Counted from the first letter of the stretch, positions 28,363 to 39,132 are shown. The stretch is 64,000 nucleotides of DNA from Candidatus Magasanikbacteria bacterium CG11_big_fil_rev_8_21_14_0_20_39_34 (GCA_002787355.1 PCWN01000007.1:315552-379551), one strand, 5' to 3'. Notes: a model not told the origin generated them from the sequence alone. A program made the numbers and translations.

Positions 28363-28758
28363 CTACTCTACATCAAAGGGAAAAACATCATCTGCGCTTC
28401 TTAGGGGGTGATTGCTCAAAAAAACAATTACCGCTTCTTCTTCACCAACATTTTTGGTGGAAAATGCCACATATTCTGGAACATGTACTGCCTTCTTTCC
28501 AGGTTGAAAAAGAATCTGTTTCCGTTCACCTGTGTTTACCTGAACAAAAGTGGCTAAAACTGGATTATTTCCTACATAAAACATTATTCGTGTTTTTTTG
28601 TGATAATAATTTCCGCTTGTAACTCCTGGATCCAAAACAAGTCGAGACATATACGTGTCCCCTATTCTTGCAGTAGAAAGAACTCTTCCTTCTTTACTAG
28701 TATCTTGTTGAAAATGAAAGATCTTTATAAAATCTTCTCCCCCTCCGGAATTTCCCAT
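28363..28758 (-). CDS. Cupin-fold sugar isomerase/epimerase-like protein
   Basis: PGVTSGNYYHK, VHVPEYVAFSTKNVG. Confidence 0.65.
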   Translation of the reverse strand: MGNSGGGEDFIKIFHFQQDTSKEGRVLSTARIGDTYMSRLVLDPGVTSGNYYHKKTRIMFYVGNNPVLATFVQVNTGERKQILFQPGKKAVHVPEYVAFSTKNVGEEEAVIVFLSNHPLRSADDVFPFDVE

Positions 28759-28774
28759 ATATTTTCTTTAAAAA

Positions 28775-29311
28775 TTAATCTTTCGTTTTTTGACTATAGA
28801 TTACCCATGCCGCAAGTGCAAAACCATCAAGGAGCTCACCATTTTTTATACTTTCCTCAACTTTTTGTTTGCTCATTTTTACGGTAGTGAGTTTTTCTGT
28901 TTCGTCAAAATGCACTGCCCCCTCATGGAGACCGTGAGCAAGGAAGAGAAAACATTTTTCACGTATAATACCATTATTTGGTTCAAAACTTCCAAGTGGT
29001 GTTAAATTATCACAAGTCATTCCAGTTTCTTCTTGTAATTCTCGTGCCGCAGCATCAAGGGGTTCTTCTCCCAACTTCATTCCACCAACAGGAAAAGTCA
29101 ATCTTTCACCGTTTACAAGATATTTATATTCATTTACCAAAACATACTCTCCAGAATCCATTCGTGGAATTATCATGACAGAACCAGGTGTATCTCCATA
29201 GTAATAGTTCCCTATTCCAATACCATCCGGAAGCACATAGGTATCATGTTTATATGTCCACCATGGATTCTCATGAATTGTTTCTTCCGAAAGTTTTTCA
29301 AATGGATTCAT
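28775..29311 (-). CDS. NUDIX hydrolase
   Basis: GGMKLGEEPLDAAARELQEETG. Confidence 0.93.
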   Translation of the reverse strand: MNPFEKLSEETIHENPWWTYKHDTYVLPDGIGIGNYYYGDTPGSVMIIPRMDSGEYVLVNEYKYLVNGERLTFPVGGMKLGEEPLDAAARELQEETGMTCDNLTPLGSFEPNNGIIREKCFLFLAHGLHEGAVHFDETEKLTTVKMSKQKVEESIKNGELLDGFALAAWVIYSQKTKD

Positions 29312-29317
29312 AGGTAA

Positions 29318-29722
29318 TCATTTAAAAAGTAGTGCTAAATCCTCCAATGGAACATCTGACGGGTTCTTGACAATGGAATGAAGACTCCCCCCTCCATCAT
29401 TTTCCCAACGTGGAATAATATGAACATGTAAATACGGTACGCTTTGACCTGCAACGGGACCATCATTAATTCCAATATTGAATCCATCCGGTTGAAGAAC
29501 TGCTTTTATTTTTGCCATAGCCTGTTTTACGCCAGGAAGAAGCCCCATCAAATCTTCATCAGAATAATCTAAAAGTGAAGTTGATCCTTTTTTGGGAATC
29601 ACCACAGTGTGCCCCTTTGAAAGAGGAAATATGTCCAAAAATGCTAAAACATTTTCATCCTCGTAAACAGTATAGTTTGGAATTTCTCCAGAAAGAATTT
29701 TGTCAAAAATAGTATCTGTCAT
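29318..29722 (-). CDS. HIT family protein
   Basis: IFDKI, AFLDIFP..GHT, GQSVPYLHVHIIPR. Confidence 0.93.
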   Translation of the reverse strand: MTDTIFDKILSGEIPNYTVYEDENVLAFLDIFPLSKGHTVVIPKKGSTSLLDYSDEDLMGLLPGVKQAMAKIKAVLQPDGFNIGINDGPVAGQSVPYLHVHIIPRWENDGGGSLHSIVKNPSDVPLEDLALLFK

Positions 29723-29792
29723 AAAAAAAGTTTAAACTCACTATTTACTATACAAGAGAGAAAAAATACGTCAAGCGTGTATATAACTCCTT

Positions 29793-31412
29793 TTATATTT
29801 TTTCAACCTTATACAAAATATGAGGAGGATTTTTGTATGTTTCTATGAGTTGTAAGCCATAATTTTTAAATCTCTCTTCCAACTCAGCTTGATCATTTTC
29901 AGCTAACTCAATGGTAAAATAATATATCGGAAAATTATTTTCTGTAAGGTATGCAAGCGAGTTCATGATATCTGGATCGGAAACATTCTTCATCACTTGA
30001 AACTGGGGCCAAAAAAATTTGTCCTCGTGTTCACTGGCTATAATGGAAAGTTTAGGGATTTTTTTCATTACCTCATTGTGTACCGTTTGAACATGAAACA
30101 AATTATCTCTTGTTTGCAGGAAACCATCCGGATTGAACCATACCGCCTCAAAAGAAAATATGACAAACAAGAATATACAAGAAGCAGAAAACCAATAAGA
30201 AAATATTTTTCCATCAAATCGTTCTACCATTTTTGTATAGACATATGCTGCATAAATACTAAAAAAAAGGAAAATAGGAAGAAAATATCTATGATAGGAA
30301 ATACCAATGGTATGAAGTTGTCGTGAAACATCATCAAAGCTTCCATAAAAAAGGAGTATATACAGAGAGATCACTAAAGATACTGAAAAGAAACAGATTA
30401 ACCTTTTTGAAAGAGTTTTTTTCGCGATTTGATAGATAAACGCTATTCCTCCAATAAACGCAGGAAAGGCAATCCACCAATATGACGTTATAATATAATC
30501 CCAAAAAATACTTATTATGAGCCGTGGATGAACTCCAAATGGAAAGAACAGTTGATACCATTTTCCGGCGGTATGAGAAGTAGATTGAATATAGGCTACA
30601 GAGGCACCTCCGTACAAAGAAGTATTAATCGTGTAGTAAAGGAAGCCAACAAAAATCCCAGGAATCAACCAAACCAAAATTTTATACCAGTCAAAAACCT
30701 TTCGATAAAAAAGAATGACAACCAAAAACCCAACCGCAATCCACCAAAACTCACTCGGACGGATGAGTAATGCCAATCCAATACAAAAACTTCCTAAAAA
30801 GTCATCCACATAGCGAGTAACACGACCACTTATTTTTGATGCTGATAAAAGCCATTTTGATACAGGCTGTGTCAAAATGAACATGAATCCTAAAATGAGA
30901 AAACTTAAAAAGGGAACATTTGGAAAAAGCCCTCTTGCACTATAGTACCACCAAGCAGGATGAAGTGAAAAAAGAAGAGCAGAAACAAGTGCTATTCTTC
31001 TTGAAAATATATCATTTTTTTCATCCTTTTCTAAAAAAATAAACTTTACCAGCCTATAAAAAGCAAATACAGCAAAAACTGCCAAAAGAGGTGTAAAAAA
31101 TTTTACCAAACTCTCCCCTAACAATTTCGTCACACCTCCATACATCCATGAAAGCCCCCAAAAACCGACAGGAAGAATAACTTCTCCATCACTGTAGGTA
31201 CTTCGAGGAAATACAAATTTTTGAACCAATCCATAGTTATAATCATATTCATACCAAAGTCTGCTTTGGTGTGAATATTCTTGAAGAAAAACAAAATTGG
31301 CCGTTTCATCCGGAGAATTAAAAACTTGTACAGGAACAAAAGCAAAAAAAGAATACAAAACAATAAGCGTTGCAAAAAGGAAAAGTTGTATACATTTTTT
31401 CTGTATATTCAT
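29793..31412 (-). CDS. GT-C/PMT-like multi-pass glycosyltransferase
   Basis: SPDE after TM1, many TMs, RYFLP. Confidence 0.7.
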   Translation of the reverse strand: MNIQKKCIQLFLFATLIVLYSFFAFVPVQVFNSPDETANFVFLQEYSHQSRLWYEYDYNYGLVQKFVFPRSTYSDGEVILPVGFWGLSWMYGGVTKLLGESLVKFFTPLLAVFAVFAFYRLVKFIFLEKDEKNDIFSRRIALVSALLFSLHPAWWYYSARGLFPNVPFLSFLILGFMFILTQPVSKWLLSASKISGRVTRYVDDFLGSFCIGLALLIRPSEFWWIAVGFLVVILFYRKVFDWYKILVWLIPGIFVGFLYYTINTSLYGGASVAYIQSTSHTAGKWYQLFFPFGVHPRLIISIFWDYIITSYWWIAFPAFIGGIAFIYQIAKKTLSKRLICFFSVSLVISLYILLFYGSFDDVSRQLHTIGISYHRYFLPIFLFFSIYAAYVYTKMVERFDGKIFSYWFSASCIFLFVIFSFEAVWFNPDGFLQTRDNLFHVQTVHNEVMKKIPKLSIIASEHEDKFFWPQFQVMKNVSDPDIMNSLAYLTENNFPIYYFTIELAENDQAELEERFKNYGLQLIETYKNPPHILYKVEKI

Positions 31413-31435
31413 ACTTTATCTTTATCTAAAAAATT

Positions 31436-32062
31436 CTATACTCCCTGAGCAAACAAACTGAGTATAGCAAACCCAATGGCAAAACCAAATATCCATCCGG
31501 CAATATGAAGTAAAAGAGGAAAATCCAATAAAAGTGCCATAAGTGTGAGAAAAACAGCTAAAACCTGGAGAATCATCTTGAGCTTCCCCCACAAATTGGC
31601 CATTCTCACTGTTCTAAACTTTGCTTTTGCAACAAGCGCGCTCAAAATAAAAGCTATCTCCAAAAAAAGAATGGAAAATCCAATCCAGAAATCAAAGTAC
31701 CGAAATACCAAGAGTAAAACCATAGATCCTATAAGAAGTTTATCTGCCAAAGGGTCAAAAAGCATCCCAAATTTGGTTACCTGATTTCTTGTTCTTGCCA
31801 TAGCACCATCTATGGCATCCGTAAAGGCCACTCCCAAAAAAATCAAAACCCCCATTTTATAATGGGCAAACCCAACCAAAAGTAAGATAACCGGTGTCAT
31901 AAGGATCCGAAACATGGTGACACGATTGGGAGTTACCGGATATGGCAGGAACCACAAAAAGAGCTTCTCTATGAAACGGTCATGCAAATGAATATGTTCT
32001 GCTTTTTGGTAGTAAAAAAGCTCTGGATCCTTTTTTTTAAGGATATTGATTATTTTCTCCAT
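31436..32062 (-). CDS. CDP-alcohol phosphatidyltransferase (PgsA-like)
   Basis: TPN..T..R, DAIDGAMAR..TKFG..FDPLADK. Confidence 0.93.
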   Translation of the reverse strand: MEKIINILKKKDPELFYYQKAEHIHLHDRFIEKLFLWFLPYPVTPNRVTMFRILMTPVILLLVGFAHYKMGVLIFLGVAFTDAIDGAMARTRNQVTKFGMLFDPLADKLLIGSMVLLLVFRYFDFWIGFSILFLEIAFILSALVAKAKFRTVRMANLWGKLKMILQVLAVFLTLMALLLDFPLLLHIAGWIFGFAIGFAILSLFAQGV

Positions 32063-32113
32063 TTTCTATATTATAACACTATAATTGTACCTAATTTTTG
32101 CCTAAATTTCAAT

Positions 32114-34243
32114 ATGAAAGGAATGCCACGGTATATCCAAATTTCTTTTGCCAGTGTCCTGCTTTTGGTGGTCAATTTTTTTGTTTTTCAAAATTCATTT
32201 TTTGGAGGTGTTGTTTTCTTCCTCTCTATTTTTGGGCTCATTATACATCTTGCAAAACTTTTTTATCCCAATAAAACTTCTGGAGAAAGATACCTCTTTT
32301 CTGCCCTCTTTCTTTTTTCAATGCTTACCATTGTAAACTCTGTTCTCTACTATCTTTATAAAATTACTCCTACCACTTCCCTTTTGGTATTTATAAGTTT
32401 TTCCCTACTCTTTTTTATTCCTCTCAAAAAAACAGAACTGGTTATTTCTCGAGTCATGAGAAGATTTCACCGCCTGAGTAAATATGTAAAGCCATTTCAA
32501 AAAAAGTACTTTGACTACCAAGTATTTACTTTTCTTGCTTTGGAAATTTTTCTCTTTTTTCTTGTATTTCACTATTCTACTACAGAAATTCTTGTTTCTC
32601 CTTGGAATAAAACAACCCCCCTCTTCTTTATTCTCTACGCTTTGACCACTTTTTTTCTGTTTTCTCTTATTCTTTTTTCCAAAATAGAACTGAAAACAAA
32701 ACTCGTCTGTACAATATCTCATCTCTTTTTTACTTTTTCCATTGCCGCTATCATGTACAAACTGGGCTACGGATATGATGGTTTTATTCATAGAGCCACA
32801 GAAGAATGGATCCAACAGAATGGCTTTATTACCCCAAAAAATCCATACTACATCGGGCAGTACAGTATGATTGTTTGGATTTCCAATCTCTCATTTATTC
32901 CTATTTTTTTTATTGATGTATACTTTGTACCCTTTCTTGCGGCCCTTTCGTTGCCCTTTGCCACCATGTATGCCCTCAAAAATATCTGGGATATACCCAA
33001 AAACATTGCACTTGCTCTAACCTTTGTATTTCCTTTTCTTTTTTTCCTTTCACTTCAACTCACCACCCCGCATAACCTTCTTATCCTTCTTTTCCTGATC
33101 ACTATTCTCCTGAGCCTTTTTGCCACAAAAGAAAAAAAAGGAATTGTTCTCCTCTTTCTCCTCTGCGTTACAGGTATGTTTACCCATCCTCTTTTGGGAG
33201 CCCCTCTCCTTATCTTCATTTTTACCAAACTACTCTTAAAAAAGATTCCTTCCATCAAACTTCAAATTTCCGTTATTATCCTCTTTTTTCTTGTGATTAC
33301 CTTTCTTTTCACTTTTTTGTTTGCACTCAATAATTACCTTGGAGGCTATGGGCTCCCACACATTGGCAACCCCATCACAAATTTTCCACTTTTTCTCAAA
33401 TTATTCCAGAGACCCTTCTGGTATATAAAAAACGTTTCATTTATTTTTGATACTCTTTATTTTTTTCAAGCACTTATCGCCCCACTCGTCTTTCTTCTGG
33501 CAATATATGGCCTCATCAAAACAAAAAAATTTCTACAACACCATTTACTCTACCTTATAGGTTTTGTTGCATTCTTGTGTGCAGCTTGGTTTCTTCATAG
33601 TTCTATTCACTTTGAGGGTCTTGGCGCTTTTGAGCAGGGAGAATATCCTATGCGACTTGTAAAATCCAGTATACTCTTTCTCCTTCCCTTTTCTATGTTT
33701 GGAGTATATCAACTTGGAATGTATTTAAAAAAATGGAAAAAAGCATCTCCAATTTTTCTTCTCTTTGCCTCTTTTCTTGTAATGCTTGCTCTGTACTTTG
33801 CCTACCCCCAAAATAATCCAAAAGTGCGCTTTCCAGGCTTCAATGTCACGGCACATGATTTTCATGCGGTAGAAATGATCCAAAAACAGGCTCACGGCGT
33901 TCCCTATATTACCCTCTCCAATTCTCTTGTTTGTGCCGCAACACTTACAAAGTATGGCTTTATCCATTACTATGATGTAGATGGCTTTTCACAATTTTAT
34001 TGTTCCATGCCATCCGGAAGTCCTTTATACATCCTGTACCAAAAAATGGTCTATGAGGGCACCAAGCGTGAGTATATGGAAAAAGCCATGCAGGATACAG
34101 GAGTTGACAAAGCATTTTTTGTTATAAATAAATACTGGTCCAACTTCCCAAAAATCGTAGAAAATGCTAAAATGAACAGTGATGCATGGTTCTCAGTAGA
34201 TAATGAAGAACTTTTCGTTTTTGAATATGATAGAAGAAAATAA
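32114..34243 (+). CDS. Large multi-pass membrane protein, possibly GT-C-like
   Basis: Very many TMs, GYDGFIH loop, soluble C-terminal domain. Confidence 0.6.
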   Translation: MKGMPRYIQISFASVLLLVVNFFVFQNSFFGGVVFFLSIFGLIIHLAKLFYPNKTSGERYLFSALFLFSMLTIVNSVLYYLYKITPTTSLLVFISFSLLFFIPLKKTELVISRVMRRFHRLSKYVKPFQKKYFDYQVFTFLALEIFLFFLVFHYSTTEILVSPWNKTTPLFFILYALTTFFLFSLILFSKIELKTKLVCTISHLFFTFSIAAIMYKLGYGYDGFIHRATEEWIQQNGFITPKNPYYIGQYSMIVWISNLSFIPIFFIDVYFVPFLAALSLPFATMYALKNIWDIPKNIALALTFVFPFLFFLSLQLTTPHNLLILLFLITILLSLFATKEKKGIVLLFLLCVTGMFTHPLLGAPLLIFIFTKLLLKKIPSIKLQISVIILFFLVITFLFTFLFALNNYLGGYGLPHIGNPITNFPLFLKLFQRPFWYIKNVSFIFDTLYFFQALIAPLVFLLAIYGLIKTKKFLQHHLLYLIGFVAFLCAAWFLHSSIHFEGLGAFEQGEYPMRLVKSSILFLLPFSMFGVYQLGMYLKKWKKASPIFLLFASFLVMLALYFAYPQNNPKVRFPGFNVTAHDFHAVEMIQKQAHGVPYITLSNSLVCAATLTKYGFIHYYDVDGFSQFYCSMPSGSPLYILYQKMVYEGTKREYMEKAMQDTGVDKAFFVINKYWSNFPKIVENAKMNSDAWFSVDNEELFVFEYDRRK

Positions 34244-35432
34244 TAAAAGTACAAAAATTTTTATATTTGTCTACCTCTTTTTATCCATCCTCGCCGCGAT
34301 CCTTGCTTTCTCACTGGTTTTTTTTCATACAGGCAATAATAAAAATGCCCAAGCCAAACAACCTACATTAATTGTCGAAAAAGAAATCCAAATTGGAGTT
34401 ATCCTGCCTATGTCTGGATCTCTCTCAAACTGGGGAAGAACCATAAAAGACGGCATTGACCTTGCACTTGAGAAGACACAAAAACCTTTTAAAATTCATC
34501 TCCAAGACAGTGGTTGTGATCCTCAAAAAGCCAAACTTGCCGCAAAGCAACTCCTTGAACAGGAACACGTAAAAATTATTATTGGCCCTGCCTGTGTTAC
34601 GGAAGTTGCAGCAATAGCAGACATAGTAAATCAGCAACATGCCATAATGTTTTCTACCGGGCTGTTGGACAACTCAGTATTTGGGCTTACTTCCAATATC
34701 ATTAATCTTTCTACAGAAATATCAACAGAAGTGGATTTCATACTCAAGCACCTGACTCTCAATGAAAAGTCACACATTGCTGTGGTGTCTTCTGCAAACT
34801 ATTTTGGAAAAGAATATACGAGAAGTATAAAGGAACTTGCACCAAAGTATGGCATAGATGTTGTGCTCGTAGATGAAACTCCCATTGATGCGATTGATTT
34901 TTCTTCTGAAATAAAAGACATCCGAGGAAAAAAAATTGATGCACTTTTCATTCAGCAATCAGAAGTTGGCACCATCGAGTTTCTAAAACAGTTGAAAAAG
35001 AGTCCTTATCACTTTGATATCTATACCAGCTCGGGAATAGAAAATCAGTCTATGTTGGAGGGATACCAAGATTTGTTGGAAGGTGTCCTCTTTACTGCCC
35101 CATATAATGTGAATGAAGGAAGCGAAGAAAAGATTGCACTCGAGAAAAGTTACAACCGTCTTACTGATGCAAAACGTGTCCCATCGGCGACAACTTTTGC
35201 AGTCTATGATGGCATCCTTCTTCTGGATAGTGCTTTAAAAAAATGTTCTGAAATGGATGTCCCATGTATTAAACAGGAATTTGTAAACCTTGGAAAACAT
35301 GCTGGAATGTCTGGCGAAATGCTCTTTCACCCAGATGGAAGCAATACTCGTCCGTTTGGAATAAAGCAAATACACAACGGCTTTTTTGAATGGAAGGTTC
35401 AAGATATTACAAACCAAAATATAACGCCGTAA
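34227..35432 (+). CDS. Branched-chain amino acid-type (LivJ-like) substrate-binding protein
   Basis: IGVILPMSG, DSGCDP, IIGP, YDG; N-terminal TM; start uncertain. Confidence 0.85.
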   Translation: MIEENNKSTKIFIFVYLFLSILAAILAFSLVFFHTGNNKNAQAKQPTLIVEKEIQIGVILPMSGSLSNWGRTIKDGIDLALEKTQKPFKIHLQDSGCDPQKAKLAAKQLLEQEHVKIIIGPACVTEVAAIADIVNQQHAIMFSTGLLDNSVFGLTSNIINLSTEISTEVDFILKHLTLNEKSHIAVVSSANYFGKEYTRSIKELAPKYGIDVVLVDETPIDAIDFSSEIKDIRGKKIDALFIQQSEVGTIEFLKQLKKSPYHFDIYTSSGIENQSMLEGYQDLLEGVLFTAPYNVNEGSEEKIALEKSYNRLTDAKRVPSATTFAVYDGILLLDSALKKCSEMDVPCIKQEFVNLGKHAGMSGEMLFHPDGSNTRPFGIKQIHNGFFEWKVQDITNQNITP

Positions 35433-36591
35433 TCCGCTGTATATAATCTTCCTTTATAAGGTCTTTCAAGACCTTTTTTGTTTTTTCTTGCATGGCCTCA
35501 ATGGAGTGAAAATGCTCTACGCACCACAGTAACTTTTCAGATAGAGATTCAACATCTCCCGCACAAAAAGTAAAACCATTTTCATTGGAACGGATAAGCT
35601 CTGCAATCCCCTCAATATCACTTGCCAAGACAGGTACTCCAAAAGAAAGACTTTCAAAGATTACCGTCGGTGAATTTTCGTAACAGAGTGATGGTACCAC
35701 GGTAAGATGAACTCCAGAAATAAGCTCTGGTAATTTTTCACGTGTCATATAACCATGAACCAAAATTCTTGGATCATTCTGAGACATCTCCTGTACCCTC
35801 TCCAGTAAAGACCCCGTACCTACAATATGCAACTCAACCGGAATAAAAAAAGTAAGTTTTATAAATGCATCCAAAAGCAAAAGAATCCCCTTATGATTTT
35901 CAATTTGTCCAAGGTAAAGAATTCTACACACATGATCACTTCTCTCTTTTCTTTCCTGTGTGAAAAAAGTCATAGGGTTTCTCACAACTTCCATTTGTGA
36001 GTGAGGAAAAAATCCTCGTGAAGTATAAAAATCCAAAAGAAATTGTGATGGAGAAATAATCACATCAGGAGATCCCATAAGACGTTTCATAAGTGCTGTG
36101 TACATCCTTGTAGGAAGGCCATTATAACGCCAAGAATGCTCTTTCTGCTTGAGTATAAGTCCACTTGGCTCTACCAGTTGAACATCATGTACGGTGTGAA
36201 TATGCCGCAGTGAAAGCTTCTGAATCACTCTTGGAATAAGAAAACTCAATCCCATAAGATTATGGGTATGCACAACCTGTGGTTTTTCTTGTTCCAAAAT
36301 ATTTTTTACCCACGATGCCACACCAAAATTAAAAGTATCCAAAATATGCCATAAGAGTCGAGAAAGAAAGAAATGTTTGTGTGCCTGCGTATAAAAAAAG
36401 AGATTGAAGGGCTTTTTTCTATAAATGGTCAAATTTTTCATAGATTCCTTTTCATCCCCTTTTGGGCTACTGGTTAACAAAACCACCTCATGCCCTGCTT
36501 TAATAAGGCCTTCCACAGTTTTGCGAACCACTTGCTCGGCACCTCCCCTTTCGTAGGGAGGGTAGATATTGTTGATAATACAGATCTTCAT
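35407..36591 (-). CDS. GT4 glycosyltransferase
   Basis: GGAE, HTHN, HKG, PSLCYENSPTVIFES. Confidence 0.92.
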   Translation of the reverse strand: MKICIINNIYPPYERGGAEQVVRKTVEGLIKAGHEVVLLTSSPKGDEKESMKNLTIYRKKPFNLFFYTQAHKHFFLSRLLWHILDTFNFGVASWVKNILEQEKPQVVHTHNLMGLSFLIPRVIQKLSLRHIHTVHDVQLVEPSGLILKQKEHSWRYNGLPTRMYTALMKRLMGSPDVIISPSQFLLDFYTSRGFFPHSQMEVVRNPMTFFTQERKERSDHVCRILYLGQIENHKGILLLLDAFIKLTFFIPVELHIVGTGSLLERVQEMSQNDPRILVHGYMTREKLPELISGVHLTVVPSLCYENSPTVIFESLSFGVPVLASDIEGIAELIRSNENGFTFCAGDVESLSEKLLWCVEHFHSIEAMQEKTKKVLKDLIKEDYIQRITALYFGL

Positions 36592-36762
36592 AGGATCAAA
36601 AAGCTCATTTCTTTTCAGTTCACATATTATACTAAAATAAGCGAAAAATCAAATCCACAGGACATTCACAGCTTATACAGATATCATTTGATGTATATGG
36701 TAATTTAAGGTAATATAGGAATACCCTCTTTTTAGGGCAAAAAACCTCATTTGGAAAGATAT

Positions 36763-38166
36763 ATGGAAAGACTGCCTCCACAAAGCGTAGATGCAGAAAT
36801 GTCCCTTCTTGGGTCAATTCTTATTGATAAGGAAGCAATGCTGAAAATTGCGGATTCTATTGACCCAACGGACTTCTACAAGCCTTCACACAAAATGATC
36901 TATGAGTCTATGCTTGAGCTTGCTCAAAAAAGCGAGCCTATAGACGTTCTCACTCTGAGCAATCGCTTGGAGGAAAAGGATACCTTGGAAAAGATTGGTG
37001 GACGAACGTATCTTGCCAAACTTTCCAATGCCGTCCCGACTTCTACCAATATAGAACACTATGCCAATATTGTACGAAAAAAGGCTATTTTACGAAAACT
37101 TATTGTTGCTGCAGGGAGCATTGACCAGTTGGGATATTCCGAAGAAGAAGATGTAGATCAAATACTCGATGAAGCACAACAAATGATGTATCAGGTTACC
37201 CAAAAACACCTCAAACAAAGCTTTACGTCCATTCGCCATGTACTTTCCGATGCATTTGAACGTATAGATACGCTTCACAAAGATAAAGGCAAGCTCCGTG
37301 GAGTTCCTACCGGATTTAAAGAACTTGATAATTTGCTTGCAGGATTCCAAAAATCTGACCTTATTATCCTTGCAGCACGACCCTCTGTAGGAAAAACTTC
37401 ACTTGCACTGGATTTTGCCAGACATGCCGCAGTAAATGCAAATGTTCCAGTTGGAGTCTTTTCTCTTGAAATGAGTAAAGAGCAGCTCGTGGATCGTCTT
37501 TTGTGTGCTCAAGCGGGAGTAAACCTCTGGAAGATGCGTACCGGAAACCTTTCTGACTCTCCCAATAGCCAGGATTTTCCTCGCATTGGTCAGGCAATGG
37601 GTATTCTCTCTGAAGCACCCATATACATAGATGATACTGCTTCAAGCAATGTAATGCAGATAAAAACCAAAGCACGCCGACTCCAAATAGAATATGGTCT
37701 TGGTCTTATTATTGTAGACTATCTTCAGCTCATGGATCCACCTGGAAAACGCAATGATAACCGTGTTCAGGAGGTTTCTGAAATGAGTCGTCAACTGAAA
37801 CTTATTGCAAAAGAGCTAAACATACCAATTATTTGTCTTTCTCAGCTTTCCCGTGCCGTTGAACAAACCAAACCGGCCATTCCAAAGTTGTCACATTTGC
37901 GTGAATCTGGTAGTATCGAGCAAGATGCGGACGTGGTAATGTTTATCTATAGAAAAGCAGCCGATAGAAATTACCGTCTGGAAGACATTCCTCCAGATGA
38001 ACGCAATATGGGAGAAATTCATATCGCCAAACACAGAAATGGGCCAACGGGAACTGTAAAAATCTTTTTTGATGCAGATACGGCAAGTTATAAGGATATT
38101 GATCTCAGACATGCAGGGACAACTCCCCCACCGTTACAAGGATCTGAGGCAATACCACAAATGTAA
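36763..38166 (+). CDS. dnaB: Replicative DNA helicase
   Basis: AARPSVGKT, FSLEM, VDYLQLM, LRESGSIEQDAD, KHRNG. Confidence 0.98.
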   Translation: MERLPPQSVDAEMSLLGSILIDKEAMLKIADSIDPTDFYKPSHKMIYESMLELAQKSEPIDVLTLSNRLEEKDTLEKIGGRTYLAKLSNAVPTSTNIEHYANIVRKKAILRKLIVAAGSIDQLGYSEEEDVDQILDEAQQMMYQVTQKHLKQSFTSIRHVLSDAFERIDTLHKDKGKLRGVPTGFKELDNLLAGFQKSDLIILAARPSVGKTSLALDFARHAAVNANVPVGVFSLEMSKEQLVDRLLCAQAGVNLWKMRTGNLSDSPNSQDFPRIGQAMGILSEAPIYIDDTASSNVMQIKTKARRLQIEYGLGLIIVDYLQLMDPPGKRNDNRVQEVSEMSRQLKLIAKELNIPIICLSQLSRAVEQTKPAIPKLSHLRESGSIEQDADVVMFIYRKAADRNYRLEDIPPDERNMGEIHIAKHRNGPTGTVKIFFDADTASYKDIDLRHAGTTPPPLQGSEAIPQM

Positions 38167-38201
38167 TAGGTTTACTACTTTTATTCTTAATAGACACATA
38201 T

Positions 38202-38504
38202 ATGTTGAATAAACTCAAACAGTTTAAAGACTTAAGACAACAGGCCAAACAACTTCAAGATGCTCTTGGAGAGGAAAGTGTAACCGTAACCGCAGCGGGA
38301 AATAATGTTACTATGACCATGAACGGGAATCTTCAGCTTACTGGACTTTCCATTGATGAGTCTCTCCTCAGTCCTTCTCAGAAAGATAAACTTCAAGAAG
38401 CCATAAAAGATGCTCATAAAGAAGCCCTCAAAAAAATGCAAAGAACTATGGCCATGAAAATGAAAGAAATGGGTGGTATGCCAAATATTCCAGGGCTCTC
38501 ATAA
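38202..38504 (+). CDS. ybaB: YbaB/EbfC nucleoid-associated protein
   Basis: Size and pattern; immediately upstream of recR. Confidence 0.88.
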   Translation: MLNKLKQFKDLRQQAKQLQDALGEESVTVTAAGNNVTMTMNGNLQLTGLSIDESLLSPSQKDKLQEAIKDAHKEALKKMQRTMAMKMKEMGGMPNIPGLS

Positions 38505-38508
38505 TCTC

Positions 38509-39102
38509 ATGTACTCCCCATCGATTGAAAACTTGATTAAGGCTTTTTCTAAGCTTCCCACAGTAGGAAAAAGAACCGCGGAAAGATTTGTGTTCTATCT
38601 TTTGCAGTCCGGAAAAAAAGATGTTGCAGAACTCACCATAGCTCTCAAACAACTTATCGAAAATGTAAAAAGTTGTGAGATGTGTTGGAACTTTACCGAG
38701 ACTTCTCCCTGCAAAATTTGCTCCGACCAAAAAAGAAATCCTTCACTTTTATGTGTGACCACAACTCCACAGGATCTTGAAGTATTGGAATCTACCCGTC
38801 AATTCAATGGACGGTATCATCTTCTGCGTGGAGTGGTGAAATCAGAGTCACAAGAAAGCTTAGAAAGAACAAAGATCCCTCAACTTCTTGCTCGTATACA
38901 AAAAGAACCTATCACCGAAATACTCTTGGCTCTCAACCATAATCTTGATGGAGAAATCACCATGATGTATTTGGAAAAGAAGATTCAATCTATAAACAGT
39001 GAAATAAAAATTACCCGTTTAGCACGAGGACTCCCCATGGGTTCAGACCTCCAGTATGCAGATGAGATAACGCTCAAAAGTGCTATAGAAAATAGAAGGT
39101 AA
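38509..39102 (+). CDS. recR: Recombination mediator RecR
   Basis: LPTVGKRTAER HhH, C4 zinc finger, RLARGLPMGSDLQYAD. Confidence 0.96.
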   Translation: MYSPSIENLIKAFSKLPTVGKRTAERFVFYLLQSGKKDVAELTIALKQLIENVKSCEMCWNFTETSPCKICSDQKRNPSLLCVTTTPQDLEVLESTRQFNGRYHLLRGVVKSESQESLERTKIPQLLARIQKEPITEILLALNHNLDGEITMMYLEKKIQSINSEIKITRLARGLPMGSDLQYADEITLKSAIENRR

Positions 39103-39132
39103 AAAAAATCGACCGTATCGGTCGATTTTTTT
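39101..39132. terminator. Bidirectional terminator recR/rplU
   Basis: AAAAAAATCGACCG-tat-CGGTCGATTTTTTT. Confidence 0.85.
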
